From the NCBI GenBank assembly GCA_964291675.2, contig OZ219866.1, positions 3,592,461-3,656,460 of the forward strand: DNA of 64,000 nucleotides, written 5' to 3'. Shown one piece after another: positions 48,911-59,306 of the stretch. The stretch's first letter is position 1. Each line of letters starts with the position of its first letter. The notes beneath the pieces are model-generated. The model searched no databases. It was not told where the DNA came from and saw only the letters and a program-made list of their open reading frames with translations. This stretch comes from Alphaproteobacteria bacterium (GTDB lineage: Bacteria; Pseudomonadota; Alphaproteobacteria; MPNO01). The translations under genes and the position numbers were made by a program.

Positions 48911-50142
48911 CCGACCCCTCCGGCAAGCGGGTCGCGCGGACCAGGCTGACCCTGAACCGGCGCAGCGTGAAGGCGCTGAAGCCCGCCGACAAATCCTGGA
49001 TCGCCTGGGACGACAGGCTGACCGGCTTCGGCGTCCGGGTGCAGCCCACCGGCCTCAAGTCCTTCATCGTCAACTACCGCGCAGGCGACGGCGGGCGGAA
49101 GGCGCCCAACCGGCGCGTCGTGCTCGGCCGCCACGGCGCGATATCGGTGGCTCACGCCAGGCGCGAGGCGCGCGAGCTGTTGAACAAGGCGGCCCGCGGC
49201 GAGGACCCGGCGGGAGCACGTTCCGAGGCGCGCCGCATGCCGACGCTGGAGCAGGCCTTCACGGATTTCATGGACGCCAACACCAAGCGGGCGGCGGGGA
49301 CCGACAGGCTCTACCGCGAGGAGTTCGCCCGCCACTTCTCCGAGTGGCACGAGCGTCCGCTCGACACCATCTCGCGGCGCGACGTGGAGGCCCACTTCAA
49401 CCGGCTCACCGAGGACAGCGGCTGGTCTCCGGCCAACCGGGCGATCTCGCTGCTGCGCTCGATCTACCGCCGCCCCTGCGTCGATCTCGACGGCCTGCGC
49501 AACCCGGTCGATCTGTGGCTTGCGGGCGGCGGCAAGTACCACCGCCAACGGCGGCGCAAGATCTCCACCCCGGCGGAGGTGCTGCCGCGCTGGAAGAAGG
49601 GGATCGTGGAGACGGTGAGCACGCCGTGCGTGCGCGACGCCTTCTGGTTCGGCTTCTACACCGGCATGCGCCTGAGGGAGGTGCTGCCGTTGTGCTGGGA
49701 CCGAGTGGAGAAGACGAACATGGTCTTCCGGGTCGAGGAGACCAAGACGGGCGCACCTCTGGAGCTGCCGATCACCCGGCAGCTTGCCGCGATCCTGCAA
49801 CGCCGATTGGCAGACAGCGGGGCGTCATCGGACGATGACGACGACTGGGTGTTTCCGTCCGCCCTGCCTGGCGCCGTGGGCCACATCGCGGACCTGTCGC
49901 ACCACTACAAATGCATCGGCGAGGCGGGCGGGGCGCGGTTCTGGTACCACGGCCTGCGCAACTGCTTCATCACCGTCGCTGAGCGCGACCTGCTGCTGCC
50001 CCATGCGCTGACCAAGCGGCTGGTGAACCACGCGCCCGCTAGCGACATCACCGAGGGCTACGCGGCCGACTGGACCATCGAGCAGCTCCGCGAGCCGGCG
50101 CAGAGGATCGCGGACCGCATCGAGGAATTGATGAACTCCTGA
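48907..50142 (+). CDS. Tyrosine integrase (copy 2, tandem paralogue)
   Basis: Same motifs, long stretches identical to copy 1; ATGA overlap. Confidence 0.92.
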   Translation: MTDPSGKRVARTRLTLNRRSVKALKPADKSWIAWDDRLTGFGVRVQPTGLKSFIVNYRAGDGGRKAPNRRVVLGRHGAISVAHARREARELLNKAARGEDPAGARSEARRMPTLEQAFTDFMDANTKRAAGTDRLYREEFARHFSEWHERPLDTISRRDVEAHFNRLTEDSGWSPANRAISLLRSIYRRPCVDLDGLRNPVDLWLAGGGKYHRQRRRKISTPAEVLPRWKKGIVETVSTPCVRDAFWFGFYTGMRLREVLPLCWDRVEKTNMVFRVEETKTGAPLELPITRQLAAILQRRLADSGASSDDDDDWVFPSALPGAVGHIADLSHHYKCIGEAGGARFWYHGLRNCFITVAERDLLLPHALTKRLVNHAPASDITEGYAADWTIEQLREPAQRIADRIEELMNS

Positions 50143-50582
50143 GGCTGGCGGGTCGTCGAGGCATGCGCCGCGGTCCCCGCTCGTCCGGAACCATTGGCAA
50201 GCCTGTCCCGATGGAGCGCGGCATGATCTTCATGCATGCGCGGCACCGTGCCATCATGTGAGATCGCCGAGCCTCTGTGGCATCCACCTTGCGGGCCCTC
50301 GCGGACTACGCCAAGGCCGCATCTTCTTTAGCCTGCGATCAATACGACTGGCTTCGCTGACGACCCGGAAGCGAAAACTCGGTTGAGAAGAGACTCGGAC
50401 CTGCGTCTGGCTTAGTCCCCACTGGAATCGCGCCCGATTGTTCAATATGAAAGCCGAGGCCGACTACACTGCATTGTACAGTTCAATTTGAGGTCCGCTA
50501 TCTTTCAGGATTTGAAAAGAGACGCCTGTCTACTCCCCCGCTATCCTCAGCTCGCCATGCGGCGATAACCCGACACGGCAGC

Positions 50583-53500
50583 GTGCAAGATCCGTCCGAT
50601 CCTCGCAGTAATTCACCTCCCGCAGAATCAGCCCCCGCGACCACAGTGACCAAGCAGGACGAGCCCCTACGCTGCCTCTCGCTTGACCTTGAGGTCAGCA
50701 AAGAAACCGGCCGCATCCAAGCCTTCGGTGCGGTGTGCGCCAATACCGGACAGGGTTATTCCGGCGGCGGCTCTGCATCGGAGCTCTCGAAGCTCGACGA
50801 ACTCGCCTCCGACGCGTCCTTCGTTCTCGGCCACAACCTGATTGCCTTCGACCTGCCCCACCTCAAGGCGGCGAAGCCCGATCTGCATCTGCTCACGCTG
50901 CCGGCGATAGACACGCTGCGTCTCAACCCCCTCGCCTTCCCCCGCAATCCGTATCACCACCTCGTCAAGCACTATCAGGACGGGGGGCTCAAACGCGGCC
51001 AGATCAACGACCCGGAGCTCGATTCCCGTCTTGCGCTCGAGGTTTTCGACGATCAGCGGGAAGCACTGCGGAAAACCGCGCCCGATCTGCTCACCGCCTG
51101 GCACCGGTTGACCACACCGGCACCGCAGGGTGCGGACCGTGCTCTCGACGATTTCCTTTCCGAGCTAAGGGGGGCACGCCGCCCGTCGGACGCGGAGGCC
51201 CTCGCGGCGACTTTTAGGCTTCTGGAGGGCAACGCCTGCGGATCCAATGGACACGAGGCCTGGCCGGTCGCGGAGAGTTCAGGCTGGCCGCTGGCCTACG
51301 CACTGGCCTGGCTGTCGGTCGCCGGTGGTAACTCTGTAATGCCGCCCTGGGTTCGTCACCAGTTCCCGGAGGCAGGACGCCTCGTGCGCCGGCTCAGGGA
51401 CACGGCCTGTGCCGACCCCTCTTGCGGCTGGTGCCGCGAGCGCCACGACGCCCGCAAGCAGCTGAAGCGCTGGTTCGGCTTCGACGACTTCCGTCCCAAA
51501 CCGGCGAACGCCGACGGACATCCCATGCAGCACGCCATCGTCGAGGCGGCCATGCAGGGCAACCATGTGCTGGGCATCCTGCCCACCGGCACAGGCAAGT
51601 CGCTCTGCTACCAGATCCCGGCGCTATCGCGCTACGACAACACCGGTGCGCTGACAGTGGTGATCTCGCCCCTGGTAGCGCTCATGGCAGACCAGGTGGC
51701 GGGACTGGAAGCGAGGGGGATCGTCTCGTGCGTGACGATCAACGGTCTTCTGTCGATGCCCGAGCGGGCCGACGCATTGGATCGGGTACGCCTCGGGGAT
51801 GCGGCAATCCTGCTGATCTCGCCGGAGCAGCTCCGCGCCCGCTCCCTGCGCCGGATTCTCGACCAGCGCGAGATCGGCGCCTGGGTCTTGGACGAGGCTC
51901 ATTGCCTGTCGCGCTGGGGTCACGACTTTCGTCCCGACTACCGCTATGTCGGCCGCTTCATCCGGGAGAAGGCCGGTGAAGAGCCTGTGCCGCCGGTGCT
52001 GTGCTTGACCGCCACCGCCAAGCCGGACGTTACCGAGGACATCGCGCGGCACTTTCGAGACAAGCTCGGCATCGAGCTCATGGTCTTCGATGGCGGCGCC
52101 GAACGCAGCAATCTGACTTTCGAAGTGATGCCGACGTCGGGCGGTGAGAAGTTCGGGCACATCCATCAGGTCCTGACCTCGCACCTTCCGCCGCACACGC
52201 CCGGCGGTGCCATCGTCTATTGCGCGACGCGTCGCCAAAGCGAGGAGGTGGCGGAGTTCCTGCAACTGAAGGACCTCGCGGCAGAGTATTTCCACGCCGG
52301 CGTGCCGCCGGAAACCAAGAAGGACGTGCAGCGGCGCTTCATCGGCGGCGAGTTGCGCGCCATCGCGGCGACCAATGCCTTCGGCATGGGCATCGACAAG
52401 CCGGACGTGCGCCTCGTGGTCCACGCCGACATCCCCGGCTCTCTGGAGAACTACCTTCAGGAGGCGGGACGTGCCGGACGGGACCGGCAATCGGCGCGCT
52501 GCGTCCTGCTCTATGCAGCGGACGACGTGGAACGCCAATTCGGCATGTCCGCCCGCTCGCGGCTTACGCGCCAGGAGATACACGGCGTGCTGAGGGCGCT
52601 CCGCAATCTGCACCGCAAGAGGCGGTGCAACGGCGCGGTCGTTGCCACAACCGCCGAAATCCTCGGCGAGGACGACGAGCAGGCGTTCGAACGCGACACG
52701 GCGACGGACGACACGCGCGTTCGCACCGCCATCGCCTGGCTGGAGGAGGCCTCGCTCCTGCAACGCGAGGAAAACGTGGTTCAGGTGTTCCCCTCGTCGC
52801 TCCGGGTAAACTCGGTCGGGGAGGCTCGCAAGCAGCTCGCACGAGCCGACATTGCGGACTCCTATCGCCGGCAGTTGCTGCGCATCGCCGAAGCGCTGAT
52901 ACAGGCCGGTGCGGACGAGGGTCTCAGCACCGACGAGTTGATGGCGGTCTCGGGCCTGGGCCCCAAGGCCGTAGTCGGCGCCCTGTACGATCTCGAGCGG
53001 CTCGGCATCGCCAGCAACGACACGATGCTTACCGCGTTCGTGCATACCGGCGTGGAGCGCTCGTCCTCCAAGCGTCTCGGCCAGGCGGCCGAGCTGGAGA
53101 CCGCCCTGATCGCGCACATGCGCGAGGCGGCATGGGATCAGGGCAAGGGAGACACGGCATTGCTGCACCTGCGCATCGCCGCGCAGGAACTGCGGGACCA
53201 GGGATTGCCCGATCCGCTTCCCGAGCGCCTGTGGCGCATCGTTCGCAGCATCGCCTACGACGGCCGCGGCGAGGACGGCGCTGCCGGCAGTCTTTCGGTC
53301 AGAAAGCAGGATGCGGAAACCGCACGAATAACCTTGCAGCGGGAATGGTCAGCGCTTGAGGAGACGGCGCAGATCCGGCGCGAGGCAGCCGGACGCCTGC
53401 TGGAGCATCTCTTGTCCTGTTTGCCCTCAGGAACCCGTGGCACGGACCTCCTGGCGGAGACGACACTCGGCAAGCTGATGCAAGCGATCGAATCGGACAT

Positions 53501-55745
53501 CGTTCTGAGGAGCAGAGTGAGGTATCCCGACAAACTTCTGGACCGCGCCCTGCTTTGGCTCCACGAGCAGGAGGTCATCCGCCTCAACAAGGGGCTGACG
53601 GTATTCCGACCGGCCATGACCGTCCACTTGGAACAGCGGGAACGGACTGGCTTCACCAAGGCCGACTTCGAACCTCTCGCTCTCCATTACAAGGGCCAGG
53701 TCCTGCAGATCCATGTCATGGTGGCGTTCGCGGAGCATGGCCTCGCTTCCATGAGGGACGCGCATCGTCTTGCGATGGACTACTTCACGCTCAACGAGGA
53801 GGGGTTCCTCGACCGCTGGCTCGCCGGCCGGGACAAGGAAATCGGCCGGGAAACCACGCCGGAATCCTGGCATGCCATCGTCGAGAGTCTGCGGGACACC
53901 GTGCAGCAGAGGATCGTGGCTGACGACCGCGATCAGACCAACGTTCTCGTGCTCGCCGGGCCCGGGTCCGGCAAGACGCGGGTGCTGGTGCACCGCATCG
54001 CCTATCTGATCCGGGCACGCCGCGAGAATCCCAGAGGCATCCTCGCGCTCGCCTACAACCGCCATGCGGCGGTCGATATCCGCCGCCGCCTGCACGAGTT
54101 GATCGGCGACGACGCGCGAGCCGTCACCGTGCTCACCTGCCATGCCCTTGCCATGCGGCTCGCCGGTGCCAGTTTCACGGGCCGGTCGGAGCAGCCCGAC
54201 GACGAGGTCTTCCGCGAAGTCTTGCGCCGCGCGGTCGAGCTGCTGCGCGGCGAGGGCCTTCCGCCGGACGAGGCCGACGACCAGAGGGAGCGGCTTCTGG
54301 CCGGGTTCCGCTGGATCCTGGTGGACGAGTACCAGGACATCGGTGCGGATCAGTACGAGCTGATCTCCGCACTGGCCGGCCGGACCCTCGAGGACGAGGC
54401 CGGCAAGCTCACCCTGTTCGCCGTCGGCGACGACGACCAGAACATCTACGCCTTCAACGGCGCCTCGGTTGAGTTCATCCGCCGTTTCGAGGCGGACTAC
54501 GGACCAACGCCCACTTATCTCGTCGGCAACTACCGCTCCACCGGTCATATCATCGCGGCGGCCAACGCGATGATCGCGCCGGCCCGCGAGCGAATGAAAG
54601 CACAGCATCCGATCCACATCGACAGGGCGCGCGCGAAGGACCCGCCGGGCGCAGCGTGGAAGGAGCTCGACCCGGTCGGGCAAGGGCGTGTGCAAATCCT
54701 GCCGGCCGGAAGCGATCCGGTTTCCCAGGCGCAGACCGTGATGGCGGAGTTCCTGCGCCTTGCCACTCTACCGGGCTGGGACTGGTCGCGATGCGCAGTG
54801 ATCGCGCGCGAGTGGAAATACTTGGCGCCGGTGCGTGCCTTCTGCGAAGCGCACGATATTCCGGCTCAGATGGGGAACGAGGAAATCCCGAGCTTCTGGC
54901 GTCTACGAGAGACCCAAACATTCGTCGATTGGCTGCGCGCGCGGGAGCCCCGCGTCGTGGACGGCGCGGCACTGGCAGGCTGGGTCGAAGCATGCCCGCC
55001 CGGTCCCTGGCACGACCTCCTGCGTCAAGCTATCGAAGAGCACGCACTCGAGACCGGCGGTGGTGAAGCGCCAGCGGACCACGTAATCGAATGGCTGGCC
55101 GAGTGGGGTCGGGACATACGCCGGCGCCAGCAAGGCCTGTTGCTGTTGACCGGACACCGGGCCAAAGGTTTGGAGTTCGACCACGTCGCCGTGCTCGACG
55201 GCGGCTGGGGCCGCGTCGGACGGGACGAGGATCCAGACGCACCCCGCAGGCTCTACTATGTAGCCATGACCCGCGCTCGACAGACCCTCGCGCTCGCGCG
55301 TTTCGAGGGGCGTCACCCGCTACAGGATGTCCTGCGCGATCATCCTTCGGTGCTCAATCGCGCCCGGGCTGAGCTTCCGCCACCATCCGCCGAGCTTCTC
55401 TATCATCACGTTCGCGCTCGTTTGCGGGACGTGCACTTGAGCTTTGCCGGACGCCGGCACGAACATCAACCCATACACCGCGCGATCGCCGCTCTTTCGC
55501 CCGGCGACGGGCTACAGACGCGTGTCAAGGACAGCGGGCGCTGGGAGCTGCTGGACCGAGGCGGGACAGTGGTCGGTCGCCTCGCGAAGGGCTTCCAGCC
55601 TCCGGCCGGCATGCGTTGCCGCTCGGCCCAGGTGATGGCCATCGTCCACTGGAGCCGCGAGGCGTCGGAGCCTGAGTTCCGCGATGGTATCCAATGCGAG
55701 TCCTGGGAAGTGGTGGTGCCGGAATTGGTGTTCGAGCCGCACTAA
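50583..55745 (+). CDS. Exonuclease-like domain + RecQ SF2 helicase + UvrD SF1 helicase fusion protein
   Basis: SLDLE...GHNLIAFD; PTGTGKSLCYQ, DEAHC and QEAGRAGRD; AGPGSGKT, DEYQD, GDDDQNIY, AKGLEF and YVAMTRA; start may be 50646. Confidence 0.92.
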   Translation: MQDPSDPRSNSPPAESAPATTVTKQDEPLRCLSLDLEVSKETGRIQAFGAVCANTGQGYSGGGSASELSKLDELASDASFVLGHNLIAFDLPHLKAAKPDLHLLTLPAIDTLRLNPLAFPRNPYHHLVKHYQDGGLKRGQINDPELDSRLALEVFDDQREALRKTAPDLLTAWHRLTTPAPQGADRALDDFLSELRGARRPSDAEALAATFRLLEGNACGSNGHEAWPVAESSGWPLAYALAWLSVAGGNSVMPPWVRHQFPEAGRLVRRLRDTACADPSCGWCRERHDARKQLKRWFGFDDFRPKPANADGHPMQHAIVEAAMQGNHVLGILPTGTGKSLCYQIPALSRYDNTGALTVVISPLVALMADQVAGLEARGIVSCVTINGLLSMPERADALDRVRLGDAAILLISPEQLRARSLRRILDQREIGAWVLDEAHCLSRWGHDFRPDYRYVGRFIREKAGEEPVPPVLCLTATAKPDVTEDIARHFRDKLGIELMVFDGGAERSNLTFEVMPTSGGEKFGHIHQVLTSHLPPHTPGGAIVYCATRRQSEEVAEFLQLKDLAAEYFHAGVPPETKKDVQRRFIGGELRAIAATNAFGMGIDKPDVRLVVHADIPGSLENYLQEAGRAGRDRQSARCVLLYAADDVERQFGMSARSRLTRQEIHGVLRALRNLHRKRRCNGAVVATTAEILGEDDEQAFERDTATDDTRVRTAIAWLEEASLLQREENVVQVFPSSLRVNSVGEARKQLARADIADSYRRQLLRIAEALIQAGADEGLSTDELMAVSGLGPKAVVGALYDLERLGIASNDTMLTAFVHTGVERSSSKRLGQAAELETALIAHMREAAWDQGKGDTALLHLRIAAQELRDQGLPDPLPERLWRIVRSIAYDGRGEDGAAGSLSVRKQDAETARITLQREWSALEETAQIRREAAGRLLEHLLSCLPSGTRGTDLLAETTLGKLMQAIESDIVLRSRVRYPDKLLDRALLWLHEQEVIRLNKGLTVFRPAMTVHLEQRERTGFTKADFEPLALHYKGQVLQIHVMVAFAEHGLASMRDAHRLAMDYFTLNEEGFLDRWLAGRDKEIGRETTPESWHAIVESLRDTVQQRIVADDRDQTNVLVLAGPGSGKTRVLVHRIAYLIRARRENPRGILALAYNRHAAVDIRRRLHELIGDDARAVTVLTCHALAMRLAGASFTGRSEQPDDEVFREVLRRAVELLRGEGLPPDEADDQRERLLAGFRWILVDEYQDIGADQYELISALAGRTLEDEAGKLTLFAVGDDDQNIYAFNGASVEFIRRFEADYGPTPTYLVGNYRSTGHIIAAANAMIAPARERMKAQHPIHIDRARAKDPPGAAWKELDPVGQGRVQILPAGSDPVSQAQTVMAEFLRLATLPGWDWSRCAVIAREWKYLAPVRAFCEAHDIPAQMGNEEIPSFWRLRETQTFVDWLRAREPRVVDGAALAGWVEACPPGPWHDLLRQAIEEHALETGGGEAPADHVIEWLAEWGRDIRRRQQGLLLLTGHRAKGLEFDHVAVLDGGWGRVGRDEDPDAPRRLYYVAMTRARQTLALARFEGRHPLQDVLRDHPSVLNRARAELPPPSAELLYHHVRARLRDVHLSFAGRRHEHQPIHRAIAALSPGDGLQTRVKDSGRWELLDRGGTVVGRLAKGFQPPAGMRCRSAQVMAIVHWSREASEPEFRDGIQCESWEVVVPELVFEPH

Positions 55746-55769
55746 CACCAGCATCGCGCCGATCCATTC

Positions 55770-56050
55770 AGTTCCGACTGGCCACCTGGACCAAAATTCG
55801 GACCTGTCGCAATACTACGGGTGCATCTACGAGGCGGGCGGAGCGCGGTTCTGCTATCTGTTACCGCGGGCTGCGCAGCTGCTTCATCACCGTCGCCGGG
55901 CGCGACCCGTTACCGCCCCATGCGCTGATCAAGCGGCCGGTCAACCATGCTCGACCCAACGACATCATGGAGGGCTACGCGGCCGACTGGACGATTGAGC
56001 AGCTCCGCGAGCCGGCGAAGATGATCACCGACCGCATCAAGAACACGACG
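55770..56050 (+). pseudogene. Degenerate copy of the 3' end of the tandem integrases
   Basis: GLRSCFITVA...VNHARP.DIMEGYAADWTIEQLREPA with frameshifts; matches ~49870-50140. Confidence 0.85.
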
Positions 56051-56444
56051 ATGGCCGAACCCACATCCGGCGCGGAGGCTGCGTCGCGCCGGCTGTGCGC
56101 CAGGAACGCGAACCATTTCGGAGCCTGCGCGGCACCGCGCGGTGGCACTCCGGCCGGTTGATCGGCCATCGGCATCCACACCCGACCCATCTTCGGGTCC
56201 GAAGGGTCCGCTCTCACCAACCCTCCGCTACCGCGCCTCTTTAGCGATCTAGCGCCAACGGCGCCACGAGCCGGCGCGCCCCACCGGCGCCCACCGGTCT
56301 GCCAACCGCCCCCATCCGGTCTCTGCGCCGCGGTTCCATCCCTGCGCCGGCGGGAGCGAGCGGTTGGCCGGGAGCGGGGCGGTCGGGCGGCGCTGCGGAG
56401 AGAGCCCCCGGCCTTCGCCATCGCACACCAATGGGAGGCACGCC

Positions 56445-56771
56445 ATGCGGATTCGCCGGCCGTCACATCGCAACGCGCACACGTTTCTGATCCACGTATT
56501 CGGGCGCGGGCTCGACGGGGAGCGCTACGTGGTCGAGCGTTTTCGCTCCCGGCCCGACGGCCAAATCGACCCGGTCGAGGCCGAGCGGCCGAAGGCGAAG
56601 ACGGGCGGACGCAAGCCGCGTCGCACGATCGTCAGCGCGGGCGAGGTCAAGAAGATGAAGCCCGAGCGCGACGAGATCATCGTCTGCACCGCCCTCGACC
56701 TGAAGGCCTCCGGGGTGCAGATCTGGGGTTTGGCCGCCTCCGGGCTCCTCGCCCTCCGCCACGCCCGCTGA
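56445..56771 (+). CDS. Hypothetical protein
   Basis: GGGAGG RBS; host-like codon usage; 14 nt before the next gene. Confidence 0.6.
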   Translation: MRIRRPSHRNAHTFLIHVFGRGLDGERYVVERFRSRPDGQIDPVEAERPKAKTGGRKPRRTIVSAGEVKKMKPERDEIIVCTALDLKASGVQIWGLAASGLLALRHAR

Positions 56772-56785
56772 ACGGGGCGCCGGTC

Positions 56786-56935
56786 ATGGCCCACCAGGCT
56801 CCCGCGGAGGAGAGCGCCAGCGCTCGCCTGCGCCGGCGCCACGCCGCCCGCGTTGCGAGCGGTTTGTGCACCAGATGTGGAAGGTTTCCGCCCGAGCCCG
56901 GCCTCAAGGTTTGCGGGGGCTGCGGCGAGAAGCGG
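56786..56935 (+). pseudogene. 5' part of a Cys-rich (CxxC repeat) protein gene interrupted by an insertion
   Basis: GLCTRCG...CGGC matches the repeats in 60311-60976 and joins them in frame. Confidence 0.75.
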
Positions 56936-56949
56936 AGCTATGCTTCATA

Positions 56950-59004
56950 CTACACCTCATTGTGCCGATCGACGGGGGGCTGTCGTTGCGACAGCAACCG
57001 GCCCGGTTGTTTCGTTGGCGGAGGGTCGGGGATCTCGAACAAGCGGCGACCCTTGTCGCCGTATGTATCCGCGCGCAGAAGTCCAGCCTTGTGCCATGCG
57101 TGGACCGTATCTTCCGACACGGCGAGACGCTCGCCGGCCTCGCGAGCCGTCAACAGCCCGCGGTCCCGCAGGCGTTCATAACGTGACTTGAGACCGCGGT
57201 GATGGCGGGTTGCCTTTACCAAGTTCTGAGTAAAGGCAAGACCGTGTGCGGTTCGGCAGCCGCGCCTGTTGAGGATGTCCGCGACCTCGCCTTCGGTGTG
57301 ATCGTTCAACAGCCTGTCGATCTCGGCGACGATCTCGTCCTTGGTCCTGAAGCGCTCATAGATGGGTGGGTCCGGCGTCCAGGTCAGCTCTCGTATCGCG
57401 CCGCCGCGCAGACGCACCCCCAGGCTCCGGGTGGCCTTGGTGAGCGTCACGTCGTCGATCAGCAGCCGCGCCAGCCGCTTGCGCTCACGGTGCGGCGTCG
57501 CCGGATCGTTCCACAGGCGGGGGAAGTCGCTGGCCAGCGCGAGGATCCGCTGGCGTTGCCCGTCGTCCACCCCCTGGCCCGGCTCGGCGCGGTTGCGCTC
57601 GAGCTCGTGCTGAGCTTCGTTCAGCGCCCGGAGCTTCGCGTTCCACTCCGCCTCCAGCACGTCGGCGACCATGCGGTTGTCGGGATGGGTCTGCATGAAC
57701 CTCTGCCGCGCCAGGTTCGCTTCCTCGCGGGCGCGCTGCACCCGCTGGGTGCGCCACAGATCGGCCTCATCGGCGCGCGCCGTGAGTTCGTCCTGCACCT
57801 GCAACGCCACCTCCAGCGTGAGCGGTGTCACCAACTCCACCAGCAGCTCGCCGACCGCCCGGTCGATAGCGGCGCCGGACATGTTCTGGCACCTGGCGCT
57901 TGCCGTCTCGATGCCTTCGCGACTGCACTCATAATGAGGGAACCGCAGCCCTTTACGGGTGTAGTAGTGCACCGTCATGCTCCGGCCGCAAACGCCGCAG
58001 GTGGCCAGACCCTGCAGCAGCGCCGGTCCCTCGCGCGGAGGGCTGCGGCGCTTCGCTTCGTAGGATCGGGCATTGTCCCGGAGCTGACGTTCGTTCTCCT
58101 CGAACCGCCGCCAGTCGATGTAGCCCGGGTGCGCGTCGCGCAGCAGCACCGTCCATTCCTCGCGCGCCAGGCGCCTGTGCTCGACACCGCCGCCGGGCCG
58201 CCGGCGGCGTCGGGTGCGCCCGTACGCGAAGGCGCCCGCGTATCGCGGATTGTGAAGTACCTGGAGCACCCGCGAGAACTTCAGGGGCTTCCAGTGCAGC
58301 TCGCCCTTGTGCGATCCGCCGGGAGGACGATGCGGGAACAGAAGCTTCTCGCTGTTGAAGTGCTTTACCGTGGCCTGCGCCGAGCCGGTCCGCGTGAAGG
58401 TGTCGAACAGCAGGCGCAGGCTGTGCTGCACTTGTTCGTCGGGGTCGAGCACCACGTCGCCGAGCGGATCGTAGACCAGCCCCACCGGCAGCGGGATCTT
58501 CAGCTCCCCGCGCCTGGCCGCATTCAGAGTCCCCCCGCGCAGCCGGGCACGCATCATGTGCAGTTCCGCCTCGCTCATGGTCCCTTTCAGTCCCAGGAGG
58601 AGCCGGTCGTTGAACTCGCCGGGGTCGTAGACGCCGTCCTCGTCGAGGATCAGCGTCTCGCTCAGGGCGCATATCTCGAGCAGCCGATGCCAGTCGGTGG
58701 AGTTGCGCGCGAGCCGACTGACCTCGAGCCCGAGCACGATCCCGGCCCGTCCCAAGCCGACCTCGGCGACCAGGTGCTGGAACCCCTCGCGGTCGCTGTC
58801 GGCGCCGGAGAGGCCCTGATCGCTGTCGATCACGACGATGTTCTCGGTCGGCCAGCCCAGCGCCACGGCCCGATCCCGCAGCGCGTACTGGCGGCGCGTG
58901 CTCTCGCCATGGTCGAACACCTGCTGCAGGCTGGACTGGCGCACATACAGGTAGGCATCGCGGCTCAGATGGCCCGTATCCACCTTCTGATGGGCAGTGC
59001 TCAT
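56950..59004 (-). CDS. Large serine recombinase (resolvase + recombinase + Zn ribbon, C-terminal HTH)
   Basis: YLYVRQSS, DQGLSG, EVSRLARN, NPRYAG and LQGLATCGVCG. Confidence 0.92.
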   Translation of the reverse strand: MSTAHQKVDTGHLSRDAYLYVRQSSLQQVFDHGESTRRQYALRDRAVALGWPTENIVVIDSDQGLSGADSDREGFQHLVAEVGLGRAGIVLGLEVSRLARNSTDWHRLLEICALSETLILDEDGVYDPGEFNDRLLLGLKGTMSEAELHMMRARLRGGTLNAARRGELKIPLPVGLVYDPLGDVVLDPDEQVQHSLRLLFDTFTRTGSAQATVKHFNSEKLLFPHRPPGGSHKGELHWKPLKFSRVLQVLHNPRYAGAFAYGRTRRRRRPGGGVEHRRLAREEWTVLLRDAHPGYIDWRRFEENERQLRDNARSYEAKRRSPPREGPALLQGLATCGVCGRSMTVHYYTRKGLRFPHYECSREGIETASARCQNMSGAAIDRAVGELLVELVTPLTLEVALQVQDELTARADEADLWRTQRVQRAREEANLARQRFMQTHPDNRMVADVLEAEWNAKLRALNEAQHELERNRAEPGQGVDDGQRQRILALASDFPRLWNDPATPHRERKRLARLLIDDVTLTKATRSLGVRLRGGAIRELTWTPDPPIYERFRTKDEIVAEIDRLLNDHTEGEVADILNRRGCRTAHGLAFTQNLVKATRHHRGLKSRYERLRDRGLLTAREAGERLAVSEDTVHAWHKAGLLRADTYGDKGRRLFEIPDPPPTKQPGRLLSQRQPPVDRHNEV

Positions 59005-59306
59005 GCCGACTTCCCTTCTCCATGGCCGTTGAGCATGGCGACCAAAATGTCGATCGCCGACGTCTCGACCCCTGTGGGCAACGGCCCGGGCGACGCCCCC
59101 GCGCACACGGCGGGCGGCGGGGCGGGCAGCTCGGCGAAGGCGTGCAGCCAGGCCGCGACGCCGCGCAGCGCCACCACGGCGCTTCCGTGGCGGTCGTGGA
59201 CGGCGCCGGGCTCGACGGCATGACGGCGCATCCGTTCGTACCCATGTCCGTAGGCCGAAGGCTCCGCCGCCGGGAGCGCGGCGCAGGGCGGGCTGTGCAT
59301 CGTCAT
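59001..59306 (-). CDS. Small hypothetical protein of the element
   Basis: ATGA overlaps with both neighbours; YERMRRHAV...LRGVAAW. Confidence 0.65.
   Translation of the reverse strand: MTMHSPPCAALPAAEPSAYGHGYERMRRHAVEPGAVHDRHGSAVVALRGVAAWLHAFAELPAPPPAVCAGASPGPLPTGVETSAIDILVAMLNGHGEGKSA

Noticed and set aside
56200-56400. Short GCCAAC/GCCCAC repeats as oriT or iterons
   Set aside because: Too short and degenerate in GC-rich DNA; no relaxase or Rep gene in the window
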